Assembly (NCBI GenBank): GCA_963771355.1
Contig: CAVYTA010000006.1
Coordinates: forward strand, 672,001 to 736,000
DNA length: 64,000 bases
Source of the DNA: an uncultured Candidatus Rokubacteria bacterium
GTDB lineage: Bacteria; Methylomirabilota; Methylomirabilia; Rokubacteriales; CSP1-6
Direction of reading: 5' to 3'
Shown here: piece after piece, positions 39,837-50,734 of the stretch
Position numbering within the stretch: the stretch's first letter is position 1
Layout: each line of letters opens with the position of its first letter
Position numbers and translations under genes: made by a program
Notes under the pieces: model-generated
Told to the model about the DNA's origin: nothing
The model's input: the letters and a program-made list of their open reading frames with translations, nothing else
Database searches by the model: none

Positions 39837-41804
39837 ATGTCTTCGCTCGATGCGCTTGCTCACCGAGTCAGCCGGGCGATCCATCGGCTGGATCCCTCCT
39901 TCCCGGTGATGACGGAATGGCCCAGCGTCGGCAGCGTCTGGCGGCGCGGGCGGGCGCGCTGGCTTCAGCCGATCTACGAGCGTGCCTATCTGTGGCGAGC
40001 GATACAGCGTCGTGGGCGGCTCCACGGGGTGACGTTCATCGGCGTGACCGGGAGCTCCGCGAAGACGACGACCAAGGAGCTGATCGCGGCCGTGCTCTCG
40101 ACGCGCCTGAAGGGCCAGCGGACCGGCGGGACGCTGAATACCACTCACGTGGTGGCGCGCACGGTTCGGCGAGTGGCTCCGGGCACCGAGTTCTGTGTGG
40201 TGGAGGTCGGGATGGGCCTCACCGGGCCGGGCACCCTCGATGCGACCCTGGCCGTGCTACAGCCGCGGATCGGGCTGGTCACCAATATCGGCACCGACCA
40301 TGCGAGCGCATTCACCTCGATCGAGGCGCTGGCGGCCGAAAAGGCGAAGATGATCGCCTGCCTTCCCCCGGACGGGATCGCGGTCTTGAATGCCGACGAT
40401 CCGCGAGTGCTGGCGATGCGGTCGCGGTTCGGCGGGCGGGTCATCACCTACGGCCGTGGCACCGATGCCGAGGTCCGCGCCGAGGACGTGAGCGGCGATT
40501 GGCCGGACCGGCTGGCGTTCACCTTGGTGCATGGCGGGCAGTCGTTCCGCGTGGGAACGCTCTTTGCCGGGCGGCACTGGGTGTACAGCGCCCTGGCCGC
40601 GGCCGCCGTCGGGGTGGCCATGGGGATTCCGCTGGAAGTCGCCGCCCGCGCGCTGGGTCAGGTAGCGCCCGCGCGCGGCCGGATGAGCGTCGAGAGGCAC
40701 CCTGACGGGGTGGACTTCGTTCGCGACGACTGGAAGGCGTCGGCCACCACCATGGCGGTACCTCTCGAGTTCATGAAGCACGCCCGGGCGACGCGGAAAG
40801 TGATCGTCCTCGGCTCGATCTCCGACCTTCCCGGCAACGATCGCCACTACGTGGCGGCGGTACGGCAAGCGGCCGAGGTGGCGGATATCGTGTGCTGTGT
40901 GGGGCCGACCGCCTTCAAGGCCCTGCGAGCGAAGGCGGGGCCCGACGATGAGCGGATCCGCGCGTTCAGCAGCTCGAAGGCGGTCTCCGACCACCTGCGG
41001 CTCATCCTGCGCCCGGGCGACCTGGTCCTGCTGAAGGGCTCGAATTCCGTGGATCACCTGGCCCGGATCGCCCTCGCTCGAGTGGGCACGGTGGCATGCT
41101 GGCAGGAAGGCTGCCGGAAACTCACACAATGCGATGCGTGCGAGCTGTTACAGGTCCCGTCTTCTCCCCAGCAAGTCGCCGCCGGTCCTCAGACGCCGTC
41201 GGACGAGACGGAGTCCGTGCCGTCCGGGGAGTCGCGGGGCGAGCCGGCGGGGCAGATCCTCGTCGGTCTTGGCAATCCCGCCGCTCGATATCGCCATACC
41301 CCCCACAATGTGGGGCACGCGGTGGTGGAGCATCTGGCCGAGAGCCTGGGCGCGGAATGGACCCGGGAGGCCGAGGCGGAGGTCGCACGGGCGGAGTGGA
41401 AGGGCGAGCCGATCTGTCTCGTGAAGCCCGCCGCCTGGATGAACGAGACCGGGCCCGCGCTATCTGCGCTGGCTCGGCGCCTGGGCGTGGGACCCGAGCA
41501 ATGTATTCTCGTCTACGACGACCTTGACCTGCCGCTGGGCAGCGTGCGGATGCGGATGCGGGGCAGCGACGGCGGGCACCGGGGCGTCCGCTCCGTGCTG
41601 GAGACATTCCAGACGGACCAGTTCCGGCGAGTCAAGGTTGGCGTCAAGCGCGCCGGCCCACCCCTATCCGGGATGTCGGAGGTCCTGACGCCCTTCACGG
41701 GGGACGAGGCGGCGGCGATGGCGCGGGTCTACCCGGAGGCCGTGGCCAAGCTGGCCGAGCTCCTGAGGACCGCGTCCCCGGCAAGTCGTGTGGCCTCGCA
41801 ATGA
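39837..41804 (+). CDS. MurF-like Mur ligase fused to a peptidyl-tRNA hydrolase-like domain
   Basis: GVTGSSAKTTTKE, VVEVG, VTNIGTDH, LNADDP, GRM and LLKGS; linker CWQEGC....CDAC; then VGLGNP..RY..TPHNVG, KP..WMNETG, VYDDLDLPLG and GSDGGHRG. Confidence 0.88.
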   Translation: MSSLDALAHRVSRAIHRLDPSFPVMTEWPSVGSVWRRGRARWLQPIYERAYLWRAIQRRGRLHGVTFIGVTGSSAKTTTKELIAAVLSTRLKGQRTGGTLNTTHVVARTVRRVAPGTEFCVVEVGMGLTGPGTLDATLAVLQPRIGLVTNIGTDHASAFTSIEALAAEKAKMIACLPPDGIAVLNADDPRVLAMRSRFGGRVITYGRGTDAEVRAEDVSGDWPDRLAFTLVHGGQSFRVGTLFAGRHWVYSALAAAAVGVAMGIPLEVAARALGQVAPARGRMSVERHPDGVDFVRDDWKASATTMAVPLEFMKHARATRKVIVLGSISDLPGNDRHYVAAVRQAAEVADIVCCVGPTAFKALRAKAGPDDERIRAFSSSKAVSDHLRLILRPGDLVLLKGSNSVDHLARIALARVGTVACWQEGCRKLTQCDACELLQVPSSPQQVAAGPQTPSDETESVPSGESRGEPAGQILVGLGNPAARYRHTPHNVGHAVVEHLAESLGAEWTREAEAEVARAEWKGEPICLVKPAAWMNETGPALSALARRLGVGPEQCILVYDDLDLPLGSVRMRMRGSDGGHRGVRSVLETFQTDQFRRVKVGVKRAGPPLSGMSEVLTPFTGDEAAAMARVYPEAVAKLAELLRTASPASRVASQ

Positions 41805-43042
41805 AATCCCTCGGTCCGGTCGGGGCCGCCGTATTCTGGCTGACGATGCTCACGGCCGTCGGACAAGCGCAGGGTCCCGAGCGGCGCGAGATCGGTCCGG
41901 ACGCTGATCTCTGCGCCGAGATCAACTCCCTCCCGCCCGGCGGAGAGCTACTCCTCCACGGCGGCGAGTACCGGGGGCCCTGCACGGTCTATCAAGGAGG
42001 ACTCCCGGGGAACCCGTCGGTGATCCGGGCCAAGTCGCCCGAGGCGCGTCCCCGGATCCTGTACGCGGATCGGACGTCCAATGTCTTCACCCTGCGCGCC
42101 GACCACCTCACCTTCCGGGACCTCGACCTGGGCCCCACCCAGCGGAACGTCGATGGCTTTCGCCTCCACTCCCGCGCCGGCATCACCATCGAGGGCTGCC
42201 GGTTCGAGGGACTCCGCGGGATCGCGGTGGCGGCCACGCACGTGTCCCTGCGAGGCCTCACCGTGCGCGGAAACAGGATCGAGGGCTCCGAGGCCACCGG
42301 CATGTACTTCGGTTGCCACGAGGGACATAGCTGCGAGGTCACCGATCTGGTGGTCGAGGGCAATCATATCCAGGGCGTGCGGGCGCCCGATCGCGAGATC
42401 GGGTACGGGGTGCAGGTCAAGCTCAACTCGGTCGGCATGATCCGCAACAACGTGATCGTGGACACCAAGGGGCCCGGCATCATGGTCTACGGCTCCCGGA
42501 TGCCGGACCGCATCTCGGTGGTGGAGCGCAATGTGGTGATGGGCTCGCTCCGCTCCTCCGGTATCGTGGTCGGCGGCGGCCCGGTGATCGTTCGCAACAA
42601 CGTGGTGATCGGCAATCACGAGGCGGGCATCGGGCTCGAGGACTACGGGCGGCGCGGGCTGCTGCGCGGGGTCATCGTCGTCCACAACACGGCCTACGGC
42701 AATCCGGGGGGCGGCATCGCCGTGCCCGACCACGGGTTGCGGGAGGCGGTGGTCGTCAACAATGCCGCCCACGCCCCCGTGGGGGCCGAGCCCCTCCCGT
42801 TACCGAGCGGAACGGTACGGGCGGCGGGCAATGTCAACTGTGCGATGACGCTCTGCTTCGAGAATCCGCAGGGTTACGACTTCTCGCCGGCTCCCGGTAG
42901 CCCGCTGCCGCATGGGGGGATCGCCGCGGTCGAGGCGTGGATGCCCACGGTGGACCTGTTCGGCGCGCCGCGGCGGGGTGTCCCTACCGCCGGCGCCATC
43001 GAGGGCCCCAACGGCCCCCTCCCGCTTCCGATACGGCCGTAG
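41801..43042 (+). CDS. Secreted right-handed parallel beta-helix (pectin-lyase fold) protein
   Basis: Signal peptide, PGGELLLHGGEY, repeated V..N.I / GI.V units and YDFSPAPGSP...AGAIE C-terminus. Confidence 0.8.
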   Translation: MKSLGPVGAAVFWLTMLTAVGQAQGPERREIGPDADLCAEINSLPPGGELLLHGGEYRGPCTVYQGGLPGNPSVIRAKSPEARPRILYADRTSNVFTLRADHLTFRDLDLGPTQRNVDGFRLHSRAGITIEGCRFEGLRGIAVAATHVSLRGLTVRGNRIEGSEATGMYFGCHEGHSCEVTDLVVEGNHIQGVRAPDREIGYGVQVKLNSVGMIRNNVIVDTKGPGIMVYGSRMPDRISVVERNVVMGSLRSSGIVVGGGPVIVRNNVVIGNHEAGIGLEDYGRRGLLRGVIVVHNTAYGNPGGGIAVPDHGLREAVVVNNAAHAPVGAEPLPLPSGTVRAAGNVNCAMTLCFENPQGYDFSPAPGSPLPHGGIAAVEAWMPTVDLFGAPRRGVPTAGAIEGPNGPLPLPIRP

Positions 43043-43068
43043 CAGGCCCGTGGGCGGGGCGGCACGCC

Positions 43069-44433
<1,365 letters not shown>

Positions 44434-44459
44434 GAGTCCGCTCCTGTGCGGGACATGCC

Positions 44460-45113
44460 CTAATGCGGGAGGCGCCGCGAGAGCTCGGGCAGGAACGCCT
44501 CGAGGAACTCGGCCTGTTGGGCGATCACCTGCGCTGGGCTCCCGTCCGGCGGCACTGGCGCGGCGACGCGGACCAAGGCGCCGTCGGCTCGGCGGTGCAC
44601 GATGCGGTTCCAAATGAGTCGCGCGCGGTAGAGATGGTCACTGCCGATTGTACCGCCGGGAAGCTGGTACCAGTACAGGATCACGACCCGCTGGTCTCCG
44701 CGCCGGACCAGCACGAGGTTCGCGGCGAGGGCGGAGGTGCCCGTCCGGGGTATGGACACCGTCTCCGAGCTCAGGTCGGTCCAGCCCCGGCGCGGATAGA
44801 CGAGATCGCCGGTCGCGGGTCGGCGGGTGTCGGTCTGGTTCGGGTAGTACCCGACGGCGACCCAGCTGGTCCGCGTGCCATCGGTGTATCCCCGGCCCAG
44901 GCTGTCCGCCGCCCGGGGATCGCGGGGCAAGATCTCGTCCGGGGGCGGCGCCGCCGGCCGCCATTCCGCCAGCACGCTGGGAATGGAGTCCAGGGGCAGC
45001 GGCAGGGGCATGTCCTGGGCGGCGCGGGGCAAGGCCAGGGCCGCGCCGGTGAGGACGAAGAGCGCCACCGTGACCAGGACGAAGCGCCCCTGGCGCGTCA
45101 CGAGCGCCACCAT
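44460..45113 (-). CDS. epsI: EpsI-family exosortase-associated protein
   Basis: LDSIP..LAEW, VGYY..Q, ILYWYQ and R.DGALVRV motifs; follows the exosortase. Confidence 0.85.
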   Translation of the reverse strand: MVALVTRQGRFVLVTVALFVLTGAALALPRAAQDMPLPLPLDSIPSVLAEWRPAAPPPDEILPRDPRAADSLGRGYTDGTRTSWVAVGYYPNQTDTRRPATGDLVYPRRGWTDLSSETVSIPRTGTSALAANLVLVRRGDQRVVILYWYQLPGGTIGSDHLYRARLIWNRIVHRRADGALVRVAAPVPPDGSPAQVIAQQAEFLEAFLPELSRRLPH

Positions 45114-45991
45114 GCCGCCACCCGCCCCAGGATGGCGTCGAGCCCCAGCAGCAGGAGGAAGGTGAACATGAAGTTCACCGTCCCGTTGAACATGTGATAG
45201 CTCGTCTGCAGCGTCCAGGGCCCCACGTAGTACGCCAGCCAGGCCACGCTGGTGATCCGGATGATGTTGGCGACGATCGCCAGCGGCAGGGTCGCCAGGA
45301 CGAGGGCGATCTGGACCGGACGCGGCCGCCGGGTCACGAAGGAGTAGGCCACGCCCAGGGACAGGAGCGCCGCGATGGCCGGGATACTGCTGCAGGCATC
45401 CGCGACCTCGAGGGTGACATTCGGCAAGTGCAGCATGACCCCGTCGTGGTAGATGGGGACGCCGAGATGGCTCAACACCCAGGCCGAGACGTCCGCGTCG
45501 AGGAGGCGCGACCGGTAGGTGATCTGCTTCAGCGTGCCCCACGGGAGCGGAACCATCAGGGCCAGGTACGCGATGGCCACCCAGACCTGGGCCAGCACCT
45601 GCCACCCCGACAGGAAGAGGGTCAAGCCGAGCAGGATCACGGGCAGGGCCATGCGGGCCAGGAAGGACTCGTCGCCGAGCACGCCCACCACCAGCGCCGC
45701 CAGCCCCGGCAGGAGGGCGGCGAGCCCCCAGGCGGAGGGCTCGATGGGAGCCGCGCGAAGCTGATCCCGACGCGACCACACCAGGTACGCGGCGATGAAG
45801 GGAATGGCGAAGCCGTGGGAGAGGTTGGGGAACTCGGCCCACTCATGGACCAGGCCGGGCACGAGCGGGGCATAGAGCGCCAGCGCCCCCGCCGCCAGGG
45901 CGAGGAGAGGGATCCAGCGCCGGACGCCTCCGCCGGGCGCCGTCCCGATGTCGGCCACCGCGAGCTCGGGCACCTTCACCCCGATGCTCAT
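45098..45991 (-). CDS. Exosortase (EpsH/XrtA family)
   Basis: SHGFAIP; catalytic Cys (VADACSS), Arg (ANIIRI) and His (YHMFNG); multi-TM. Confidence 0.92.
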   Translation of the reverse strand: MSIGVKVPELAVADIGTAPGGGVRRWIPLLALAAGALALYAPLVPGLVHEWAEFPNLSHGFAIPFIAAYLVWSRRDQLRAAPIEPSAWGLAALLPGLAALVVGVLGDESFLARMALPVILLGLTLFLSGWQVLAQVWVAIAYLALMVPLPWGTLKQITYRSRLLDADVSAWVLSHLGVPIYHDGVMLHLPNVTLEVADACSSIPAIAALLSLGVAYSFVTRRPRPVQIALVLATLPLAIVANIIRITSVAWLAYYVGPWTLQTSYHMFNGTVNFMFTFLLLLGLDAILGRVAAWWRS

Positions 45992-46007
45992 CGCTCGGCT
46001 CCGGCGG

Positions 46008-48128
46008 TCATTGCGCGGGTCCCTCGCGCCGGCGTGACTCCAGGGGCAGCCGGACCGCGATGCTGGTGCCACGTCCCACCGTGCTGCTCACGTCGATCCG
46101 TCCTCCATGCCCTTCTACGATACCCTTGGCATGATAGAGTCCGATGCCCCACCCGCCCCGCTTGGTCGAGCGGAAGGGCACGAAGAGGCCGCGCTTGATG
46201 AACTCCGGCGGCATGCCGCTGCCGGTGTCGGTCACCGTGAATACCGCCCAGCCGTCCGCTTCGTGGGTGCGGACGGTGACGGTGCCCTCGCCCTTCACGG
46301 CCTCCACCGCGTTGGTCACGAGATTCTGCAGCACCTTGAGCAGGGCATCCGGATCCCCGGGCACCGGGGCGAGGGGCGCGAACTCCTTGACGAGATGGAT
46401 GCGACCGCCGCCCCCCACCGGACGCGTCGCCTCGAGGGCGAGGGCGGCCAGGTCCACCGGCTGGAGACGGAGCTCGGTCGCCTCCGGGGCCGCCGAGAGC
46501 CGCGCGAGGAGGCTCTGCATCCGCTCCACCGTCCGGGACAGCGTACGGAGGGCGTCGCGCTGGAACTCCGGGTTCTCGAAGTGCTCGAGCGCGTTCGCGC
46601 TCAGCAGCGACAGCGCGGAGATGGAGTTCTTGAGGTCGTGGATCACGAACGACGTGAGGCGGTGGAACGCCTCGAACTCGCGCGCCTGGGCCAAGCGCTC
46701 CGAGAGCTGCGCGGTTACCACGGCGCCGGCCGCCTGCTCCGCCACCGTCGAGAAGAACTCCAGGTCCTCGGCTCGGTAGGGCGTGCCGGTCCGCTCCGGC
46801 CCGATCAGCATCACCCCGCTCACGGTGTCACGCCAGCGAAGGGCCACCGCGGCGGACTCCTCGAAGAACTGCGTGGCCAGGCTGAGGCCCTCGTACTCCG
46901 TTTGGAGGAGACCGCGGTCCTGCACCACCACCGGATCCGCGCGGGTCTCCAGGCGGCGGACCAGCGGGTCATCCGCCGCGAGCTGGGCGGGGGCCCGGTC
47001 CGCCTCCACCGCGCCGGCCAGATGGAAGCGCCCGTCGTGCTCGTCGCGGAGGTAGAGGACAGCCCGGGCAGCGCCGGCGGCCTCGGTGACCGCGCCCAGG
47101 ACGGCGCGGGCGAGATCCCCCTCGGAGAGGAGCGAGGCGAGGCGCCGCGTGAAGTTGGTCCACTGCTCCCGGTAGTCGTACTTGCTCCGGTAGAAATGGA
47201 AGGCGATGAAGCGCTTGAGGCGCCAGCGCACGTTTTCCGAGAGGAGCACCGAGGCGAGTCCGATGGCGGACACGAAGACCACCAGCGAGCTCCAGAAAAG
47301 CTCCTCGGGGATGCCGACATAGCTGAGGATCCAGCCCAGCGCCCCCACCACGAAGAGATAGGCGCCCAGCACGCCGACCACCACGGAGCGATACACGACC
47401 CGGCGCGACACCGTGAGGTCGGCGAGGAGGAGGCGCTCGCGAAGCAGCGAGGCCGCCATCACCAGGTTCGCGACGGAGACGGCGGCGGCGATGATGGTCA
47501 GGAAGACCGCCAGCACCACGTGGAAGAGCAGGATCTGGCTGAGCAGGAAGAAGCGCATCAGAAAGGTGGCGCCCAGCCCCAGCACGAGGTACTTGATCCG
47601 CCACCGGGTCTCGGTGGTCGAGGTCCGGAGACAAGCCTCCAGGCCGCCGAGCATGATCACGGTGGCGACGATCTGGACCGTCACGCTCCAGAGGGCCACC
47701 CGGTCGAGCCCGGCGGCGAAGAACGGTCCCGGTACGTCGGCGATCTGGAAGGCGGGCAGCGTCGCCACCGCAGTCGCCGCGCCCAGGAGCGCGACAGTGC
47801 CGGCGGCCACGACGAGACGCAGCGGCCGCGGCCAGGGGCGGCCGGCGGGCGCGCAGAGGCTGGCCACGAAGTAGCCCCACGGCACCAAGGTGAGGACGGA
47901 GACCGCGCTCCACGCCCGGAGCCAGAGCAACCGGTCCTCGGGGGACGAGGTGGCGGAGACCAGCACATAGGCGGCGCCGTTCTCCACCGCGAGGGCGAGC
48001 ATGCCCGCCGCGAAGATCCAGTGCGCGCCCGAGGATCGCCGGGGCCGGATCGCCAGGCCGCCGAGCAGCAGGCTGCTCAGCGCGGCGAAGGCGAAGATCA
48101 CGGTCCGGTAGGACATCACGAACTCCAT
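46008..48128 (-). CDS. prsK: PEP-CTERM system histidine kinase PrsK
   Basis: Multi-TM N-terminus, RWRIKY, HFYRSKYDYREQW..FT, REFEAFHRLTSFVIHDLKN and GWGIGLY. Confidence 0.93.
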   Translation of the reverse strand: MEFVMSYRTVIFAFAALSSLLLGGLAIRPRRSSGAHWIFAAGMLALAVENGAAYVLVSATSSPEDRLLWLRAWSAVSVLTLVPWGYFVASLCAPAGRPWPRPLRLVVAAGTVALLGAATAVATLPAFQIADVPGPFFAAGLDRVALWSVTVQIVATVIMLGGLEACLRTSTTETRWRIKYLVLGLGATFLMRFFLLSQILLFHVVLAVFLTIIAAAVSVANLVMAASLLRERLLLADLTVSRRVVYRSVVVGVLGAYLFVVGALGWILSYVGIPEELFWSSLVVFVSAIGLASVLLSENVRWRLKRFIAFHFYRSKYDYREQWTNFTRRLASLLSEGDLARAVLGAVTEAAGAARAVLYLRDEHDGRFHLAGAVEADRAPAQLAADDPLVRRLETRADPVVVQDRGLLQTEYEGLSLATQFFEESAAVALRWRDTVSGVMLIGPERTGTPYRAEDLEFFSTVAEQAAGAVVTAQLSERLAQAREFEAFHRLTSFVIHDLKNSISALSLLSANALEHFENPEFQRDALRTLSRTVERMQSLLARLSAAPEATELRLQPVDLAALALEATRPVGGGGRIHLVKEFAPLAPVPGDPDALLKVLQNLVTNAVEAVKGEGTVTVRTHEADGWAVFTVTDTGSGMPPEFIKRGLFVPFRSTKRGGWGIGLYHAKGIVEGHGGRIDVSSTVGRGTSIAVRLPLESRRREGPAQ

Positions 48129-48129
48129 C

Positions 48130-49494
48130 TCACGACGCCCCCAGCAGCTCGCCGAGGCGCTCGTCCGCCACGTGCGAGATCACATAGCGATGCTTGCCGG
48201 AAGCCGTGCTGAGGTCGTCCGCGACCTCCACCTCGACCGTGGCCGCCCCCTCGAAGAGCGCGGTCACCTGGGTGACGATGCGCTCGCGGAGCGCGGCGGA
48301 CAGGTCGCCGTCGGCAACGACTCGGACCAGCACCCGGTCCAGCTTTTCCTGGACGACCTGGAAGCTCTGCAGCCCCGGGAGCTCGCGTAGCACGTAGATG
48401 ACGGCCAGGGCGTGCATGACCTTCCCGGACGGCGTCACCAGGAAATCCGTGCGGCGGCCTTCGACGCGGGCCAGGCGTGGCAGCCCGCGTCCACAGCGGC
48501 ATGTCCCGGGCTCCAGCGCCCCGATGTCCCCGCTCCGGTAGCGGATGATCGGCATGGCGTGGGAGTCGAGATTGGTGAGGAGGAGCTCGCCGCTGCCCTC
48601 GGCCGCGCCCGCGGTGGGCAATACCTCCACCAGCATGCCCTCGGCCGCGATGTGCAGGCCGTGGTCGGGGCATTCGTTGGCGACCAGCCCCCCGTCACGG
48701 CATCCGTACTCGGTGGACGCCGGGCAGCCGAAGGCGCGCTCGATCGCCGTCCGCTGGAAGTCGAACAGGGGCTCGGCGGTGGTGAACACCGCGAGGGGAG
48801 CGTGGGCGGCGGGCAATCCTCCGGTCCGTGAGAGGTACCCGGCGAGAAGGGCGAGCGCGCTCGCGTACCCGTAGAGCTTTCGCGGGCGGACCCGGCGGAT
48901 CACCGCCGCGTAACGCGCCAGCGCCGCCTCGCCGAGGTCGAAGGCGGAGAGAAGCTGGGAGTTCAGCAGCCAGTCGCGGGCCGCCCGGGTCCGATCCTGC
49001 CGCCCGAGCTCGATGGGCGAACCCCAGAGGACGATCTCGTGCATGCCCATTTCGGCGCCGAACCAGCGATGCGCTCGGAGCCGCGTGGCGTCGGTGAAGG
49101 CTGCCCGCTCCCGGTCCACCAGCACGGTGACCGGCTGTCCCGTCGAGCCGCCGGTGCTCAGCCGCTGGACGCCGCGGAGCCGGCGGCGCGGCTGGAGATC
49201 GTCGAACCGCGTCCGGAGGATGTCCTTGGTCAGCGGTGGGATCCGGGCGAAGTCCGCCGGCGAGGTAATGCGGGCGGGCGAGAGCCCGTGGGAGTCAAGA
49301 AGCTCCCGGTAGTACGGCACCTCAGCATAGGCAAAGTCGAGGTGTCGCTTGACTCGCTCGAACTGGAGTGCCTGGAGCGCCTCCGGCGTCAGCCACTGGC
49401 TGCGCTCGAGCTCGGCGAGCCGCCGGTAGGTGGGCTTCCCCTTCGCCCACTCGTGCAGCGGGAAGACCACGCGGTTGACGAGCACAGGGAACAT
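48130..49494 (-). CDS. CapK/phenylacetate-CoA ligase family protein
   Basis: VPYYR, IPPLTKD, STGGSTGQP, EYGCRD, MPIIRYRSGD, CRCGRGLP and VEGRRTD. Confidence 0.88.
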   Translation of the reverse strand: MFPVLVNRVVFPLHEWAKGKPTYRRLAELERSQWLTPEALQALQFERVKRHLDFAYAEVPYYRELLDSHGLSPARITSPADFARIPPLTKDILRTRFDDLQPRRRLRGVQRLSTGGSTGQPVTVLVDRERAAFTDATRLRAHRWFGAEMGMHEIVLWGSPIELGRQDRTRAARDWLLNSQLLSAFDLGEAALARYAAVIRRVRPRKLYGYASALALLAGYLSRTGGLPAAHAPLAVFTTAEPLFDFQRTAIERAFGCPASTEYGCRDGGLVANECPDHGLHIAAEGMLVEVLPTAGAAEGSGELLLTNLDSHAMPIIRYRSGDIGALEPGTCRCGRGLPRLARVEGRRTDFLVTPSGKVMHALAVIYVLRELPGLQSFQVVQEKLDRVLVRVVADGDLSAALRERIVTQVTALFEGAATVEVEVADDLSTASGKHRYVISHVADERLGELLGAS

Positions 49495-50732
49495 CAGCAG
49501 GGCCGCTCCGGCTCGCGGGTCAGCCCGGCCAGGGGGAGGCCCGCCGTCCCGCCCGGGCCCGTCATGGCGCGCAGCTCCTCCAGCACCGCCGTCACCGCCA
49601 AATCCCAGGAATGCGCGCGCGCGTGCGCCACGAGGGCCCTGCGATCCCAGTCGCGCTGGAGCGCTTCCCGCAATGCGGAGCCGAGCGCCGCGTCATCGTT
49701 CGCGGGCACCAGGGTGCCGAGGCCCGGATGGGTGACGATCTCGGAATTGCCGCCCACGCGCGTGCTGACGACCGGCACGCCGCAGGCCAGCGACTCGAGC
49801 AGCACGTTGGCCCAGCCCTCGGAGCGTGTCGCGAGGCAGAACACGTTCGCGGCGGCGAGCCAGAGCGGGATCTCCCCGTGCGGGCGCTCCCCCGCGAGCA
49901 GGACGCGCCCCTCGAGGCCCGCCCGCGCGATCTCCCGCTCGATGAGGGGGCGGGAGCTGTCGCTCGGACGGTCGACGCCCACGACGACGTAGAGAAGGTC
50001 GGGATGACGCCGGACGAGCTCAGGCAGCGCCGCCACCACCCGGTGATGGCCCTTGCCCTCGTTGAGCCCCCCCACGGAAAGCACGATGGTGCGGTCCACG
50101 GGAAGACCGACCGCGCGGCGGGCGGCCTCGCGGTCACGCGGATGGAACCGCTCCACGTCTACCCCGTTCGGGACCACGCGGATGCGTTCGGCCGGCACGC
50201 CGAGGCTCACCGCCACGTCACGCAGCGACCGACTCACCGCCAGTACGCGCGCGGCGCGGGTGAGGGCATAGCGGATCTGAGGACGATGCAGCGGGTAGTT
50301 CACCAGCCGGACGATGCTGCCGCGCAGGGTGATCATCACGGGCAACCCGAGCGCACGCCCGAGCAGGATACCGGCCATCCCGTCGGGATAGGCGAAGTGG
50401 GCGTCGATGGCGTCGAAGGGAAACTCGCGCCGGAGCCGGCGAAGATACGGGAGCAGCGAGACCGCGTAGGTGGCGCCGTCGAGCCACTTGTGGTAGCGGG
50501 GCACGCAGAAGAAGGGCGGATGGTGGACCTCGAGCCCGTCCTGCCATTCGACGCGCGGGATCCCGACCCAGCGGTCCCCGCGGATGCGGCCATTGAACGG
50601 GAACCACGGGATAGGCGCGACCACGCGGACCTCGGCTTGCCGGGCCACCCGGCTCATTCGCTCGCGGATGAACACGCCGAGGGTCGGCTGCTTGGGGTTC
50701 GGAAAGGTGGAGCTCAGGACCAGGACGCGCAT
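49494..50732 (-). CDS. Glycosyltransferase family 4 (TuaC-like)
   Basis: FPNP.QP..GVFI.ER, IDAHFAYPDG, VPNGVD and EGWANVLLESLACG. Confidence 0.9.
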   Translation of the reverse strand: MRVLVLSSTFPNPKQPTLGVFIRERMSRVARQAEVRVVAPIPWFPFNGRIRGDRWVGIPRVEWQDGLEVHHPPFFCVPRYHKWLDGATYAVSLLPYLRRLRREFPFDAIDAHFAYPDGMAGILLGRALGLPVMITLRGSIVRLVNYPLHRPQIRYALTRAARVLAVSRSLRDVAVSLGVPAERIRVVPNGVDVERFHPRDREAARRAVGLPVDRTIVLSVGGLNEGKGHHRVVAALPELVRRHPDLLYVVVGVDRPSDSSRPLIEREIARAGLEGRVLLAGERPHGEIPLWLAAANVFCLATRSEGWANVLLESLACGVPVVSTRVGGNSEIVTHPGLGTLVPANDDAALGSALREALQRDWDRRALVAHARAHSWDLAVTAVLEELRAMTGPGGTAGLPLAGLTREPERPC

Positions 50733-50734
50733 GC

